From NCBI GenBank assembly GCA_963663035.1, contig OY760074.1, forward strand, positions 2,426,967-2,490,966: 64,000 bases of DNA, written 5' to 3'. Numbering within the stretch: position 1 is the stretch's first letter; the number at the start of each line of letters is the position of its first letter. Source of the DNA: Acidobacteriota bacterium (GTDB lineage: Bacteria > Acidobacteriota > UBA6911 > RPQK01 > JADFOI01). A model generated the notes under the pieces. That model was not told the DNA's origin, searched no databases, and saw nothing but the letters and a program-made list of their open reading frames with translations. This document shows positions 1 through 9,435 of the stretch, piece after piece. The translations under genes and the position numbers were made by a program.

Positions 1-348
1 CACCACCACGCTGAGTAACTGCACCGGCGGCTCGGTGACATCGATGGAAAAAGTCTCCTCAGGCTCTTCCCAATTATCCACCGCCGCCGTGTAGGCAAAC
101 TCTTCATCCAGATCGCCAGCCAGCTGAGTTGCGCCATTTATGCTCTCGTCACTGAGTATTTCATTCATGACATTTTCCGCATGATTCATGGCTCGGTGGG
201 CCAGATCAATGCGGTGAATGTTCTTGAGTCCTCCCGAAAAGATCTGCATCACCACCCCTACGGTGAGTCCCAGAATCGCCAGCGCGACCACGATCTCTAA
301 AAGCGTAAAGCCGCTTGAACGCTGACCAGAATTTTTAGCTATCAGCAT
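1..348 (-). CDS. Type II secretion minor pseudopilin, GspI-like. Partial: the C-terminus runs off the window start.
   Basis: Reverse-complement of 241-348 translates to MLIAKNSGQRSSGFTLLEIVVALAILGL..., a prepilin N-terminal cleavage/methylation motif (GFTLLE). It is absent from the ORF track because no stop lies in the window. It fits the canonical gspE-F-G-H-I order. Confidence 0.5.
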   Translation of the reverse strand, partial: MLIAKNSGQRSSGFTLLEIVVALAILGLTVGVVMQIFSGGLKNIHRIDLAHRAMNHAENVMNEILSDESINGATQLAGDLDEEFAYTAAVDNWEEPEETFSIDVTEPPVQLLSVVV

Positions 349-829
349 TTTCTTTGAGCACCCTCGGAAATCCGGTAATGGGGTCAACCCGGATTCGCAT
401 TGGCCGGCCGGTTTCGCGCCTTAAAGTAAAAAGTGCTCCGGAACTCCTCCCGTTCGCATAAAAACTAATCCTCACCGGAAATTCCTGCTCCTCTGTCTCC
501 ACTGAGACCCCTTCCGGCAAGAAGACCTTTTTGATCTCCTGCTCGAACTCGTCGGCAAAGATGTAAGAATCGGGGACACCTTCATCTTCCTCTTGAACCA
601 GGACAATTCGAAAAACCTTCTGTCTGGAAATGGCCTGAGATCGGGCGTGTCTCATGTGCGTGATCAAGTCCCGCCCGGCCGTTTGCAACTCCAGAGTTCT
701 CAGCCCTCCTGAAAAGGAGGGCATGACAATGCCCACCGCCAGAGCTACCACCATCAAAATAACCATCAACTCAAGGAGGCTGAAGCCCTGATTCGAACGA
801 GCCTCACTCCCAGGAGTTAATATCAACAT
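335..829 (-). CDS. Type II secretion pseudopilin, GspH-like
   Basis: ORF 335..1039 (-). The internal start MLILTPGSEARSNQGFSLLELMVILMVV carries a prepilin methylation motif followed by a single hydrophobic helix. Position is directly downstream of gspG. Confidence 0.6.
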   Translation of the reverse strand: MLILTPGSEARSNQGFSLLELMVILMVVALAVGIVMPSFSGGLRTLELQTAGRDLITHMRHARSQAISRQKVFRIVLVQEEDEGVPDSYIFADEFEQEIKKVFLPEGVSVETEEQEFPVRISFYANGRSSGALFTLRRETGRPMRIRVDPITGFPRVLKENADS

Positions 830-1229
830 CTTCCCCCTCACCGCCTTCCATTCCATCGGCGCCAAGACTCCAGAGGTCATAGCCTCCGTACTCACCGGGT
901 GAACGGTACTGAAAATCCCGGCCCCATGTATCCTTGGGAACAGTGGTCTTGTCCAGGTAGGACCCACTCCAGTTTTCAATGCCCTGCTCTTCGACCAGTG
1001 CCTGCAAGCCCTGACCTGTACTGGGATAACGACCCACATCTAAACGAAACATGTCCAGTGCGTTCCCAAGTTGGTCAATCTGCAGCCTGGCCACCTGCAC
1101 CTTGCTCTGGCCCAGACGGTTCCACAGTCTCGGCCCAACCACTCCCGCCAAAAGGCCAAGAATGACTAGGACCACTATTAACTCTATAAGGGAAAAGCCC
1201 CTCTGCCTTAACTTCTTTCTCTCTTCCAT
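804..1229 (-). CDS. gspG: Type II secretion major pseudopilin GspG
   Basis: The N-terminus RGFSLIELIVVLVILGLLAGVV and the segment QIDQLGNALDMFRLDVGRYPSTGQGLQALV are the characteristic GspG signature. Confidence 0.85.
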   Translation of the reverse strand: MEERKKLRQRGFSLIELIVVLVILGLLAGVVGPRLWNRLGQSKVQVARLQIDQLGNALDMFRLDVGRYPSTGQGLQALVEEQGIENWSGSYLDKTTVPKDTWGRDFQYRSPGEYGGYDLWSLGADGMEGGEGEDVDINSWE

Positions 1230-1242
1230 ATTCTCTTCTCTC

Positions 1243-2463
1243 TTACAGCGGAATGTCGTTAATACTGAAGATGGAATACAACAAGGACACGACCATCACC
1301 CCGATGATGAGTCCCATGACCACAATTATGGCCGGTTCAAAGAGGGCAACCAATCGCTTGAGTGATCTTCTCAGCTCCCGGTCATAGCTTTCAGCAATCT
1401 GCAGCAGCATGTCATCCAGCCTTCCGGTTTCCTCCCCAACTGCAAGCAGGTGCAACGCAAAGGGTGGAAAGATTTGGGCTTCCCGAATGGGTGCGGTTAA
1501 TCCTTCTCCCCTTTTCACACCCGATTTGATGGATTCCATGGTTGAGGCAATGGCCTGATTTTCCACGACTTCCTTGACGATATTGATGGACTGAATCAGT
1601 GGAACCGCACTATGGAGAAGAGTCCCAAGGGTACGGCTAAACCGGCTCACCTCAATCTTCTGAAGAACAGAGCCGACAACCGGCAGCTTCAACTTCCGCT
1701 GGTCCCAATGCAAACGCCCCTCCTCGGTCTTCAGACGAGTGTGGATCCAATACCAGACGGCAAATGCCGCCGACAGGATCAGCCACCAGTAACCGGTCAG
1801 GAGTCCGCTTAATCCCAGCAGGATCAACATGGGAAGTGGAATGGGCGCACCTGCGTTGTCAAAGATGGTCGCGAACTGCGGGATCACAACAGTCATCATG
1901 ACGACAATTGAAATGCTGGCAACGGCAGCCAAGACACAAGGATAGATCAGTGAGGAAATCAAGTAACTGCGAAACTCGTCTACGTCTTCGAGATAATCCA
2001 CCAGGCGCTCTAAAATCTGGTCCAGAGCACCTCCGATCTCTCCCGCTTTGACCAAGTTGACGTAGACTCTGGGGAAAACCTGAGGATAGATGTGGAGTGC
2101 ATCGGAAAGGGACTTGCCACCTTTGATCTCACTGAGAAGTTCGCGGACAACTTCGCTCAGGTAAGGATTCTCCGTTAAATTCGAAAGAATACTCAGGCTG
2201 CGATCCAGAGTTAGTCCGGCCTTCACCAGAGTCGCAAGCTCCTGAGTGAAGATGAGCAGGTCTTCTTGAGGGACCTTTTTTCTCTTCCAGGGAAGTCGAA
2301 TCTCTCGACTCAGTAAGCCAGCTTCCTCACCGGAGAAAACCTTGATGGGCATCTGCCCCTGCTGTTGAAGCCGGGCCATGACCGTCTCCTGGTCAGCCGC
2401 CTCCAAGGTGCCCTCAACCACTTTTCCATCCGGCGTTACCGCCTTGTATCGAAAGGAAGTCAT
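1243..2463 (-). CDS. gspF: Type II secretion inner-membrane platform protein GspF
   Basis: A 406-aa polytopic membrane protein with the GspF/PilC domain architecture. Start taken at the ATG at 2463 (MTSFRYKAVTPDGKVVEG...). Confidence 0.85.
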   Translation of the reverse strand: MTSFRYKAVTPDGKVVEGTLEAADQETVMARLQQQGQMPIKVFSGEEAGLLSREIRLPWKRKKVPQEDLLIFTQELATLVKAGLTLDRSLSILSNLTENPYLSEVVRELLSEIKGGKSLSDALHIYPQVFPRVYVNLVKAGEIGGALDQILERLVDYLEDVDEFRSYLISSLIYPCVLAAVASISIVVMMTVVIPQFATIFDNAGAPIPLPMLILLGLSGLLTGYWWLILSAAFAVWYWIHTRLKTEEGRLHWDQRKLKLPVVGSVLQKIEVSRFSRTLGTLLHSAVPLIQSINIVKEVVENQAIASTMESIKSGVKRGEGLTAPIREAQIFPPFALHLLAVGEETGRLDDMLLQIAESYDRELRRSLKRLVALFEPAIIVVMGLIIGVMVVSLLYSIFSINDIPL

Positions 2464-2539
2464 AGCTAAAGTAGGAGACAGGAGGCAGGAGACAGGAGTC
2501 AGAAGCAAGATCTGAAACCTGGAACCTGAATCCTGGCAC

Positions 2540-4255
2540 TCACGAATCCTGGGTGACTCTCAGAACCTCCGCAATCGTCGTGACCCCCTGTTTGATCTTT
2601 TCAAACCCATCGTCTCGCAAAGTGGTCATGCCACCGCGAACGGCCGCCTTTCTCAGCTTAGTGGCCTCGGCATTGGAAATGGTTAAGCGGCGAATCTCCT
2701 CATCCATTAACATCAACTCAAAAATACCCACCCGTCCCTGATAACCCGTTTGGCCGCATTCTGTGCATCCCTTTCCCTCAAAAACTCTGGTGTCTGAATC
2801 CAGCGGGAACCCGATCTCCTCCAAGATGCCGCTCTCCATCGGCTGCTCTTCCTTACAGTGGGAGCAAATGACACGGACCAGACGTTGGGCCAGAACTCCC
2901 AGTATGGAAGAGGCCAACAAATAATCCTGTGCGCCCATATCCACCAGTCGAGCGATAGCGCTGGGGGCATCATTGGTATGCAGTGTGCTAAAAACCAGAT
3001 GACCGGTCAGGGCAGCTCTGATACCAATCTCAGCGGTCTCAAGGTCACGCATTTCTCCCACCATGATTACATCCGGATCCTGGCGCACGATGGATCGAAG
3101 TCCAGCTGCAAAAGTCAGCCCGATCTGAGGATTGACGTGGATTTGATTGATACCGTTAATCTGGTATTCCACAGGATCTTCAATCGTAATTATTTTCTTA
3201 TCAGGCTGATTGATCTTGGTCAGAGCACCGTAGAGGGTGGTTGTCTTACCGCTGCCGGTGGGACCTGTAACCAGGATGATCCCATGAGGACGCGAGATCA
3301 ACTGCTCGTACTGCTGATGCATCTGGGAGGAAAAGCCGAGTTTCTCCAAATCGTAGATTTGGGTGTTGCTCTTATCCAGGATGCGCATGACCACGCTTTC
3401 TCCATACATGGTGGGAAGTGTGGACACTCGAAGGTCGATATCCCTTCCCAGAACCTTTATCTTAATGCGGCCGTCCTGAGGGATTCTCCGCTCAGCAATA
3501 TTGAGTCTGGCCATAATCTTAACCCGAGAAATGATGGCCGCTTTGAGCTTCTTGGGCGGGGACTCTTCGTCGCAAAGAATGCCGTCAATGCGGAAGCGCA
3601 CCTTGAGATCACGCTCAAACGGCTCAATATGGATATCCGAAGCACGGGATTCGATGGCACGTGACATGATGAGATTAACCAACCGAATGACAGGGGCTTC
3701 CGATGCCAGATCCTTGAGATGTTCCACATCTTCCAGCTCCTCACTGACCAGGTCACTGTCGCCCGCGATGTCCTCCACGATCCTGTCCAGGGTCGAAGCC
3801 TGGCTCCCGTAAAATTTCTCGATCAGATCGAGAATGGCGTTTTCGGGGCCCAAAAACACTTGAAGGTTCTGGAAACCGGTGTAGAGACGAATGGTGTCCA
3901 GCGTGGAGTAATCCTGGGGGTTGGCCATGGCAAGAATCAGTTTGTTCTCGTCCTCCACCTTGATGGGAATGAATTTGCATTCGCGCATAAAGTTCGCCGA
4001 GAAAGTACCCTCCAGCACCGGAACCTGAGGAAGATCCTCGGCCGTCACGTAGGGGATACCTAAATAGGCACTCAGATGGCCCACCAGATCGGCCTCGGAA
4101 ATCGCTCCAATATCTATGAAAAGCTTACCGATTCGGTCCACTGACTGGTGCTGCAGACTGAGAGCAGTCGCCAACTCTTCCTGGGAGATGACTCCTTTTT
4201 CCAGCAGCTCCTGGCCGAAAGGCTTCTGAGTCTTTAGCTGTGACAGCTCAATCAT
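2540..4255 (-). CDS. gspE: Type II secretion ATPase GspE
   Basis: Walker A motif LVTGPTGSGKTTTLY, a T2SSE N-terminal domain, and a C-terminal tetracysteine CxxC...CxxC zinc motif. Confidence 0.9.
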   Translation of the reverse strand: MIELSQLKTQKPFGQELLEKGVISQEELATALSLQHQSVDRIGKLFIDIGAISEADLVGHLSAYLGIPYVTAEDLPQVPVLEGTFSANFMRECKFIPIKVEDENKLILAMANPQDYSTLDTIRLYTGFQNLQVFLGPENAILDLIEKFYGSQASTLDRIVEDIAGDSDLVSEELEDVEHLKDLASEAPVIRLVNLIMSRAIESRASDIHIEPFERDLKVRFRIDGILCDEESPPKKLKAAIISRVKIMARLNIAERRIPQDGRIKIKVLGRDIDLRVSTLPTMYGESVVMRILDKSNTQIYDLEKLGFSSQMHQQYEQLISRPHGIILVTGPTGSGKTTTLYGALTKINQPDKKIITIEDPVEYQINGINQIHVNPQIGLTFAAGLRSIVRQDPDVIMVGEMRDLETAEIGIRAALTGHLVFSTLHTNDAPSAIARLVDMGAQDYLLASSILGVLAQRLVRVICSHCKEEQPMESGILEEIGFPLDSDTRVFEGKGCTECGQTGYQGRVGIFELMLMDEEIRRLTISNAEATKLRKAAVRGGMTTLRDDGFEKIKQGVTTIAEVLRVTQDS

Positions 4256-4801
4256 TTAATACTCGAGGACACTAATCCGTTGCACAAATTGCTCAAAGGA
4301 GATCTTCTCAGTGGTCAAGAGGTCCAGATCCTCCTTGAGGGTTGATATGACCAATACAGTTGTCTTTTTCGTGGAATCCAGTTCATTTCGATCTTCGACA
4401 TGGGCACTTAGGGAGAGACGATTCTGAGGGGTGAGTTGCTTAAACGCAGAACCGTAATCTGCCAGGCACCTCACCATGGCATCTTTCAAAACGCGAAGCT
4501 GCTCCGCCTTTGAAAGCTGTTCTTCCGTCCGCGCCGGTATCTCCCCGAAGGGTGTACGAATCCTGGATCGATTGATATTGAGATGAAAGGAAACCACCAC
4601 ACCGTGGCCCTCCAGGTAAGATCCTTCTGCCTCTCCTGTGACTGCGAAAGGATTGGGGAAATTCTGGCTGAGGATTTCACCCACAATCCGCTCAAAAATC
4701 AGTGTGTTCTTCTTCAGCCTTTGCAGATCCAGATCTGGAGCTGCAAAGGCTGTCGTTCCAGTGAGAAGCAACACGAGTAGAACAGATAGACGATTTCCCA
4801 T
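4256..4801 (-). CDS. Hypothetical secreted or periplasmic protein with a signal peptide, co-transcribed with the ECF sigma/anti-sigma pair
   Basis: Start at the ATG at 4801 (MGNRLSVLLVLLLTGTTAFAAPDL). Its stop abuts the gspE start codon. No recognisable catalytic motif. Confidence 0.45.
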   Translation of the reverse strand: MGNRLSVLLVLLLTGTTAFAAPDLDLQRLKKNTLIFERIVGEILSQNFPNPFAVTGEAEGSYLEGHGVVVSFHLNINRSRIRTPFGEIPARTEEQLSKAEQLRVLKDAMVRCLADYGSAFKQLTPQNRLSLSAHVEDRNELDSTKKTTVLVISTLKEDLDLLTTEKISFEQFVQRISVLEY

Positions 4802-4811
4802 AGCCAATGCT

Positions 4812-5384
4812 CTATCGCGAAAGTAGCGTTCGCAAATAGTGATTGTTTTCCTCCAAATTCTCCACATAGCGCTGTTCAAGACTGAGCAGGTATTGCTCTA
4901 ATTGCTCGACGTTCGTCCTCTGTTGGAGATCCATGTCTTCCTTGACCCGCAGGAGAGCCCTGAGCATCAACTGGCGCTCTTCCGTCTGTTGGGCCACAAT
5001 CCTGTCCTGAACCGTTTCCGTGAGCTGCTGCTCGGAAATCACCAGACGCTTACCCCCGAGATACCCCATATATTGAAGAATGGTCACCACACCGACGATG
5101 ATCAGAAACCCAGCGGCGATCTTCTGAAGTACGGGCACCCAGCCTATGCGGCCCAGCGACCGGCGGAAGGCAATGGCAGCCGGGCGGGTTTCCGCCTCAC
5201 TGGCGCGTTGATGTTCAACTTTCCACTCCCCCAGCATTTCTCGGGTTTCCAACATTTCCACATATTCCCGATTGCATTCAGAGCACTGACTGAGGTGCTG
5301 AAAGAACTCGAACCCCCGGCGGGGGTTCACTTCTTCCCCGTATAGCACATCAATCATCCCGGCTTGACTCTGCTCACAGTTCAT
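4812..5384 (-). CDS. Anti-sigma factor (zinc-finger type, one transmembrane segment)
   Basis: N-terminal HLSQCSECNREY zinc-finger motif, a central hydrophobic helix, and a 4-bp overlap with the upstream ECF sigma gene. Confidence 0.65.
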   Translation of the reverse strand: MNCEQSQAGMIDVLYGEEVNPRRGFEFFQHLSQCSECNREYVEMLETREMLGEWKVEHQRASEAETRPAAIAFRRSLGRIGWVPVLQKIAAGFLIIVGVVTILQYMGYLGGKRLVISEQQLTETVQDRIVAQQTEERQLMLRALLRVKEDMDLQQRTNVEQLEQYLLSLEQRYVENLEENNHYLRTLLSR

Positions 5385-5968
5385 CCTCTTGCCTCCATCA
5401 GTTTTCTCAAGGTCTTTAATCCCAGATACATCCGAGACTTGACCGTGGACAGGGGTATACCCAGGATCTCTGAGATTTCGTGGAATTTCAGTCCCTGATA
5501 CTCCTTCATCAAAATAACCGCCTTCTGTTCTTCGGGCAGCTGACTGAAAACCCCCCTCAGAAGCTCGACGTCCTCCTTGGCCGCCAGCTCTGTCTCCGGC
5601 GTTGCCGTCGCCGCAACAAGCTCTGGCCGGCCTGGAGAATCCTCCTCATCCTGCAAAGACACCAAGTGCACCCTGCGCTGCCGGCGAAAGCGCATCCGGC
5701 ACTCATTCAGGGCGATCTTGTAGAGCCAGGAGGAGAATCGCGCTGGATCGGCAAGGCGATCCAGGTTCGTGTAGGCCTTCGTGAACGTGTCCTGCGTGAG
5801 GTCTTGAGCATCAGTACTATTCCCCACATAGCGACAGATAAAACCGTAAATCTTGCGCTGCCATCTCTCGATTAACTCGCCGAAGCAAGCCCGGTCCCCC
5901 TGGAGCGCCAACTCCAGGAGATACTCGTCGCTGCGCGTCATTTCCTCTCCCGGATACTCAAGATGCAT
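5381..5968 (-). CDS. ECF (sigma-70 family, group 4) RNA polymerase sigma factor
   Basis: Sigma-70 region 2 motif (DLTQDTFTKAY...FSSWLYKIALN) and region 4 helix-turn-helix (EISEILGIPLSTVKSRMYLGLKTLRK). Confidence 0.85.
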   Translation of the reverse strand: MHLEYPGEEMTRSDEYLLELALQGDRACFGELIERWQRKIYGFICRYVGNSTDAQDLTQDTFTKAYTNLDRLADPARFSSWLYKIALNECRMRFRRQRRVHLVSLQDEEDSPGRPELVAATATPETELAAKEDVELLRGVFSQLPEEQKAVILMKEYQGLKFHEISEILGIPLSTVKSRMYLGLKTLRKLMEARG

Positions 5969-6343
5969 GGCGAGCCCAAAAAGTCTAAATAAGTCTGGTC
6001 TTTACCTATGTAAGCGTAGCACTCTTGGGCGATTTGGGGGTGATTGAGGGGAGAAATCCACAAGTCTGAGGCGCAGTAGGACTTTTTCTCTTGACCAACC
6101 TTTGACTTTGCTCAGGTACCCGCTTCCTTGTTTCTCAGTAACTCCTTGAAACATAGAGCTTTAATGACTTCTCTCCCCTTTGGTTCGCCAATTGCTATCA
6201 CTTCTTTTGTGCGAGGCAGTCAAGGGATTGCCCCCGGGTTCATTTTGGAGGGGTTTCGCAGAAACGGCTCGGGAAACCGGCGAGGCCCCGCCCGGGCATA
6301 CTGTGGCTACTGGGTACCGATACTGTGGAGGAAAGGGGATGAA

Positions 6344-7228
6344 CTATTCGGAATCGCGGAAGAATCGAAGCGGATTCAGTGGCTGACCGTTCAGGCGAAC
6401 TTCATAGTGAAGATGGGGGCCGGTGGCACGTCCTGTCGAACCCACATAGCCAATGATATCTCCCTTTTTGACCTTTTGACCCGCCTCGACCGAGTAGCGG
6501 TCTAAATGACCATAGCGAGTTGAGATGCCGAATTTGTGTTCCAGGGTCACCAGATTCCCGTAAGAGAATTTTTGCCCTGCGTTGATCACCACTCCGTCGG
6601 CCGTTGCGGAGACCTTATTGCCTCGAGGGGCAGAAATATCGATGCCGGGATGAAAATCGCGTTCTCCACTAAAAGGATCAATCCGGTAGCCAAACCCTCC
6701 GGAGGGATAGCCACGCACTGGTACGAGAGCCGGTGTGGCTGCCAGGAGAATGCTGCGCGTGTTGTACACATCCTGCAGCTGCCTGAACTGGGCCTCCAGG
6801 CTGATGCTCTTTCGCTCCAGGGAACTAAAATGGATACGGAGACCTTGGGTGTCAAGACTCAGCAGAGGGTTCTCGTAGGCAGAAGGACCGCCCACTCCAC
6901 CGAGACCTTCCTCATCTAAACCAGAAAGGATCTGCAGCTTCGTGGAAGTGACCTCCAAGGAGGCAAGCTTTTCACTCAGCTGCCTTGCAGCCAAGCGAAA
7001 GGTATCGTTCTCTTTGCTCAGATCATAGGAGGTGGCCTGTAACTGTTCATGATCCGTGGTTTTCTTCCACATGTGATAGTAGTGCAAGGTGGACAGGGAG
7101 AACGAAGAAAGGAGAATCCCCGATGCAATCCCCATCATGAGAAGAAACCTTTGAGAGAGTCTGAATCTGCGAGCAGGTAACTCAGCAGAACGAGAAACAA
7201 TGATCGTTAGATCCCCTCTCTTCCTCAT
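6344..7228 (-). CDS. M23 family peptidoglycan metalloendopeptidase
   Basis: HPGIDISAPRGNKV...GSTGRATGPHLHYEVRLNG matches the LytM/M23 HxxxD...HxH metal-binding motifs. An N-terminal transmembrane segment and a coiled-coil region are present. Confidence 0.8.
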   Translation of the reverse strand: MRKRGDLTIIVSRSAELPARRFRLSQRFLLMMGIASGILLSSFSLSTLHYYHMWKKTTDHEQLQATSYDLSKENDTFRLAARQLSEKLASLEVTSTKLQILSGLDEEGLGGVGGPSAYENPLLSLDTQGLRIHFSSLERKSISLEAQFRQLQDVYNTRSILLAATPALVPVRGYPSGGFGYRIDPFSGERDFHPGIDISAPRGNKVSATADGVVINAGQKFSYGNLVTLEHKFGISTRYGHLDRYSVEAGQKVKKGDIIGYVGSTGRATGPHLHYEVRLNGQPLNPLRFFRDSE

Positions 7229-7530
7229 TGCATCACCTCGCCGAGCAACAGCACAGTATGCACTCCATCCACTATCCCACTAACAAGCAACAAAGTACAT
7301 AGTAAAAAGTCGAGTTAGACTGTGTCAAGCCAATGGAGGAACCTCCCCCATAGAAACGACTTCCTGACAGAGTTTCTGCTGCTAAATGTTAGTTCGTCTG
7401 AAAAGACTAATTTCTCGACTTGCACGGGCAATAGTTTAACGCTAACCGAGCCGAGTGAACAGTGACGGCTGTCACCGAAACTACGAAAAGAACCCGTCTC
7501 GTCTCAATCCCCCCGAAACTGAAAGAAGTT

Positions 7531-7891
7531 TGGTGGAGGCGGTGGGAATCGAACCCACGTCCGAAAGCCTTCGGTTGCAGAATCTACATGCTTATCCGCT
7601 TTCTTTTTTGTCATCCAATCAGGCAAATAAAAGCGGCAATAACACCTGCTTGAATGTCCCTCAGATATTTTCTCAACTACCCCCTGAAGGAAACAGGATA
7701 GCTGAAAATCCCGCAAAAGCGACGTCTTACCCGTTCCGCGGGCTGAGCGAGTTTGACGGCTGCGCCTTAATTACGCAGCGAGTGGTAACTGTTCGTTGGC
7801 AGTTATTTTTGTTCACCACTGTTTTACGAGGTTGTGGCACCTCGGCATGCATCTACAGCCTCAACTACTCCCGTCGAAGCCAATCGCCCCC
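7531..7891 (-). ncRNA. ssrA: tmRNA (SsrA)
   Basis: The minus strand starts GGGGGCGAUUGGCUUCGACGGG and ends GGGUUCGAUUCCCACCGCCUCCACCA. This gives a tRNA-Ala-like 7-bp acceptor stem with a G3:U70 wobble, a T-arm and an encoded CCA. An internal reading frame GCC AAC GAA CAG TTA CCA CTC GCT GCG TAA encodes ANEQLPLAA followed by a stop. Confidence 0.8.
7771..7800 (-). other. tmRNA tag-peptide reading frame (ANEQLPLAA plus stop)
   Basis: Direct translation of the minus strand. The C-terminal LAA is typical of ssrA degradation tags. Confidence 0.65.
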
Positions 7892-7904
7892 GAACTACTT
7901 ATCC

Positions 7905-7934
7905 AGTATACCTTCTGGAACCACACAGTTGCAA
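7905..7934 (-). promoter_or_regulatory. Putative sigma70 promoter for ssrA (TTGCAA, 18-bp spacer, TATACT)
   Basis: On the minus strand: TTGCAACTGTGTGGTTCCAGAAGGTATACT, about 13 nt upstream of the mature tmRNA 5' end. Confidence 0.4.
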
Positions 7935-7970
7935 TCAATTCATCCTTCCTCTCTATCTCTTACCTGATCG

Positions 7971-8693
7971 TCACTTTACGGCAACACACCTGTAGCAAAG
8001 AGTAAATTCCTTCTTCTGATCCAGCCAGTCCAGATAATAGCAGGTGATGGGTCCCACGACGCAGCAGACAAACAGGGTCATCAATTCCAAGGGAGAAAGT
8101 AAGATTCGACTGATCCCGATTCGATCCCGAAAGAGTATTTTCGGGATATAGGTCAATCGCTGACCGATGTAATGGAAATATCCTCCCAAGGGCTGCACTG
8201 CGATCTTTTGAAACCCGATCGACTCCAGCAGTGATTGCAGCGCGTATTGGGTAAATCGAAAATAGTCATAGGGTTGCTGGTGTTCGTGCCATCCTTGAGG
8301 AGCAGTCAAATAAAGACAGCCTCCGGGTTTGAGAACACGGTAGATTTCCCTTAAGACTTCCTTGGGGTCCGGAACATGTTCCAGGACCTGGATTTGGAGC
8401 ACTACATCCACACTGTGAGCTGCTAAAGGGATGGCCGCCAGATCGGCACAGATGTGAAGCCTGGAATAATCCCAGGTAGGGTCTCCCACCTTGGAATCGA
8501 GCGCCAGGTATAGATGATCTAAAAAATGTCCGGGAAAACGGACTTCCCCAGCTCCCGCATCCAGCACCACGGCGTGCTCGAATAGTGGCCTGGCTGACTG
8601 GACAAAGGCCTCGATTGAATATTCCAGAGGATTGATCCGGCGTTTCAGCGGTTCCGGCAGCCAATTGTATGCCCGAAGATAGAGATCTGGCAC
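7971..8693 (-). CDS. Class I SAM-dependent methyltransferase (Methyltransf_11-like) with a C-terminal hydrophobic segment
   Basis: VLDAGAGEV (motif I) ... VLEHVPDP ... LKPGGCLYLTAPQ. GTG start. Confidence 0.7.
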   Translation of the reverse strand: MPDLYLRAYNWLPEPLKRRINPLEYSIEAFVQSARPLFEHAVVLDAGAGEVRFPGHFLDHLYLALDSKVGDPTWDYSRLHICADLAAIPLAAHSVDVVLQIQVLEHVPDPKEVLREIYRVLKPGGCLYLTAPQGWHEHQQPYDYFRFTQYALQSLLESIGFQKIAVQPLGGYFHYIGQRLTYIPKILFRDRIGISRILLSPLELMTLFVCCVVGPITCYYLDWLDQKKEFTLCYRCVAVK

Positions 8694-8696
8694 GGG

Positions 8697-8797
8697 GAGA
8701 GAATACAGAATACAGAATCCAGAATCCAGAATTCAGAAGGTAGGAGGTAGGAGGTAGGAGTCTTCTGTCAGTGGTCAGTGGTCAGCTGTCAGCTGCT
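8697..8797. repeat. Heptamer tandem-repeat cluster: AATACAG x2, AATCCAG x2, AATTCAG, AGGTAGG x3, TGGTCAG x2, CTGTCAG
   Basis: Read directly in the divergent intergenic region between the methyltransferase and coaE. Confidence 0.8.
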
Positions 8798-8820
8798 TCG
8801 CTTCATGCTACTATCTCTCC

Positions 8821-9435
8821 ATGCTGAAGGTTGGGCTGACGGGCGGCATTGGCTGCGGCAAAAGCCACATCCTCAGAGAATTCCATAAACTTGGGGTTTA
8901 CACCATTGACGCCGATGAAATTGCCCATCAAGTCATTCTTCCCGATCAACCCGCCTACGGGAAGATCCTCGACACATTTGGGCCTGAGATTCTGGCAACA
9001 GACAAAACGATCGATCGGAAGAAATTAGGCAAGATGGTCTTCTCTGATGAGAAGGCACGGCAAAAGTTGAACCAGATCGTGCATCCCCCGATCCTTCAGG
9101 AGGAGGCGCGGCTTGTCGCCGAGTGTGAAGAACAAGAAACTCCGAGATCTCCCATGATTATGGTTGACGCTGCCCTGATGGTTGAAACGGGATCCTATCG
9201 AAAATACGACTTTCTCATCGTGGTGTATTGCCAGCCTGGGGTTCAGCTCCAGCGCTTGCTGTCCCGCGACAGGTTCTCCCAGGAGGAGACACTGCAGCGA
9301 ATCGGCAGCCAAATGCCCCTTTTGGAAAAGAGCAAATATGCCGATTACATCATTGAAAACTCGGGAAGACTGTCTGAGGCCAACGAACAAGTGAAACAGA
9401 TCTTCACTGAACTGCTCAATCGCTGGGAAGGGTGA
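8821..9435 (+). CDS. coaE: Dephospho-CoA kinase
   Basis: N-terminal P-loop GLTGGIGCGKS, DADxxAH, and a VHPxI motif. Confidence 0.85.
   Translation: MLKVGLTGGIGCGKSHILREFHKLGVYTIDADEIAHQVILPDQPAYGKILDTFGPEILATDKTIDRKKLGKMVFSDEKARQKLNQIVHPPILQEEARLVAECEEQETPRSPMIMVDAALMVETGSYRKYDFLIVVYCQPGVQLQRLLSRDRFSQEETLQRIGSQMPLLEKSKYADYIIENSGRLSEANEQVKQIFTELLNRWEG

Noticed and set aside
2858-3664. Large antisense ORFs inside gspE, polA (17337..18005), uvrA (11642..12091) and others
   Set aside because: They lie entirely within well-supported genes on the opposite strand, have no motifs, and show low-complexity or biased composition. They are treated as spurious ORF-track artefacts.
6128-6505. ORF 6128..6505 (+) in the sigma-factor/peptidase intergenic region
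   Set aside because: It overlaps the 3' end of the M23 peptidase gene on the opposite strand and has no recognisable features. The region is more likely a promoter/UTR for the ECF sigma operon.
7455-7967. ORFs 7455..7967 (+), 7462..7653 (+) and 7504..7716 (-)
   Set aside because: They overlap the tmRNA gene, whose structure explains the region. There is no protein evidence for them.
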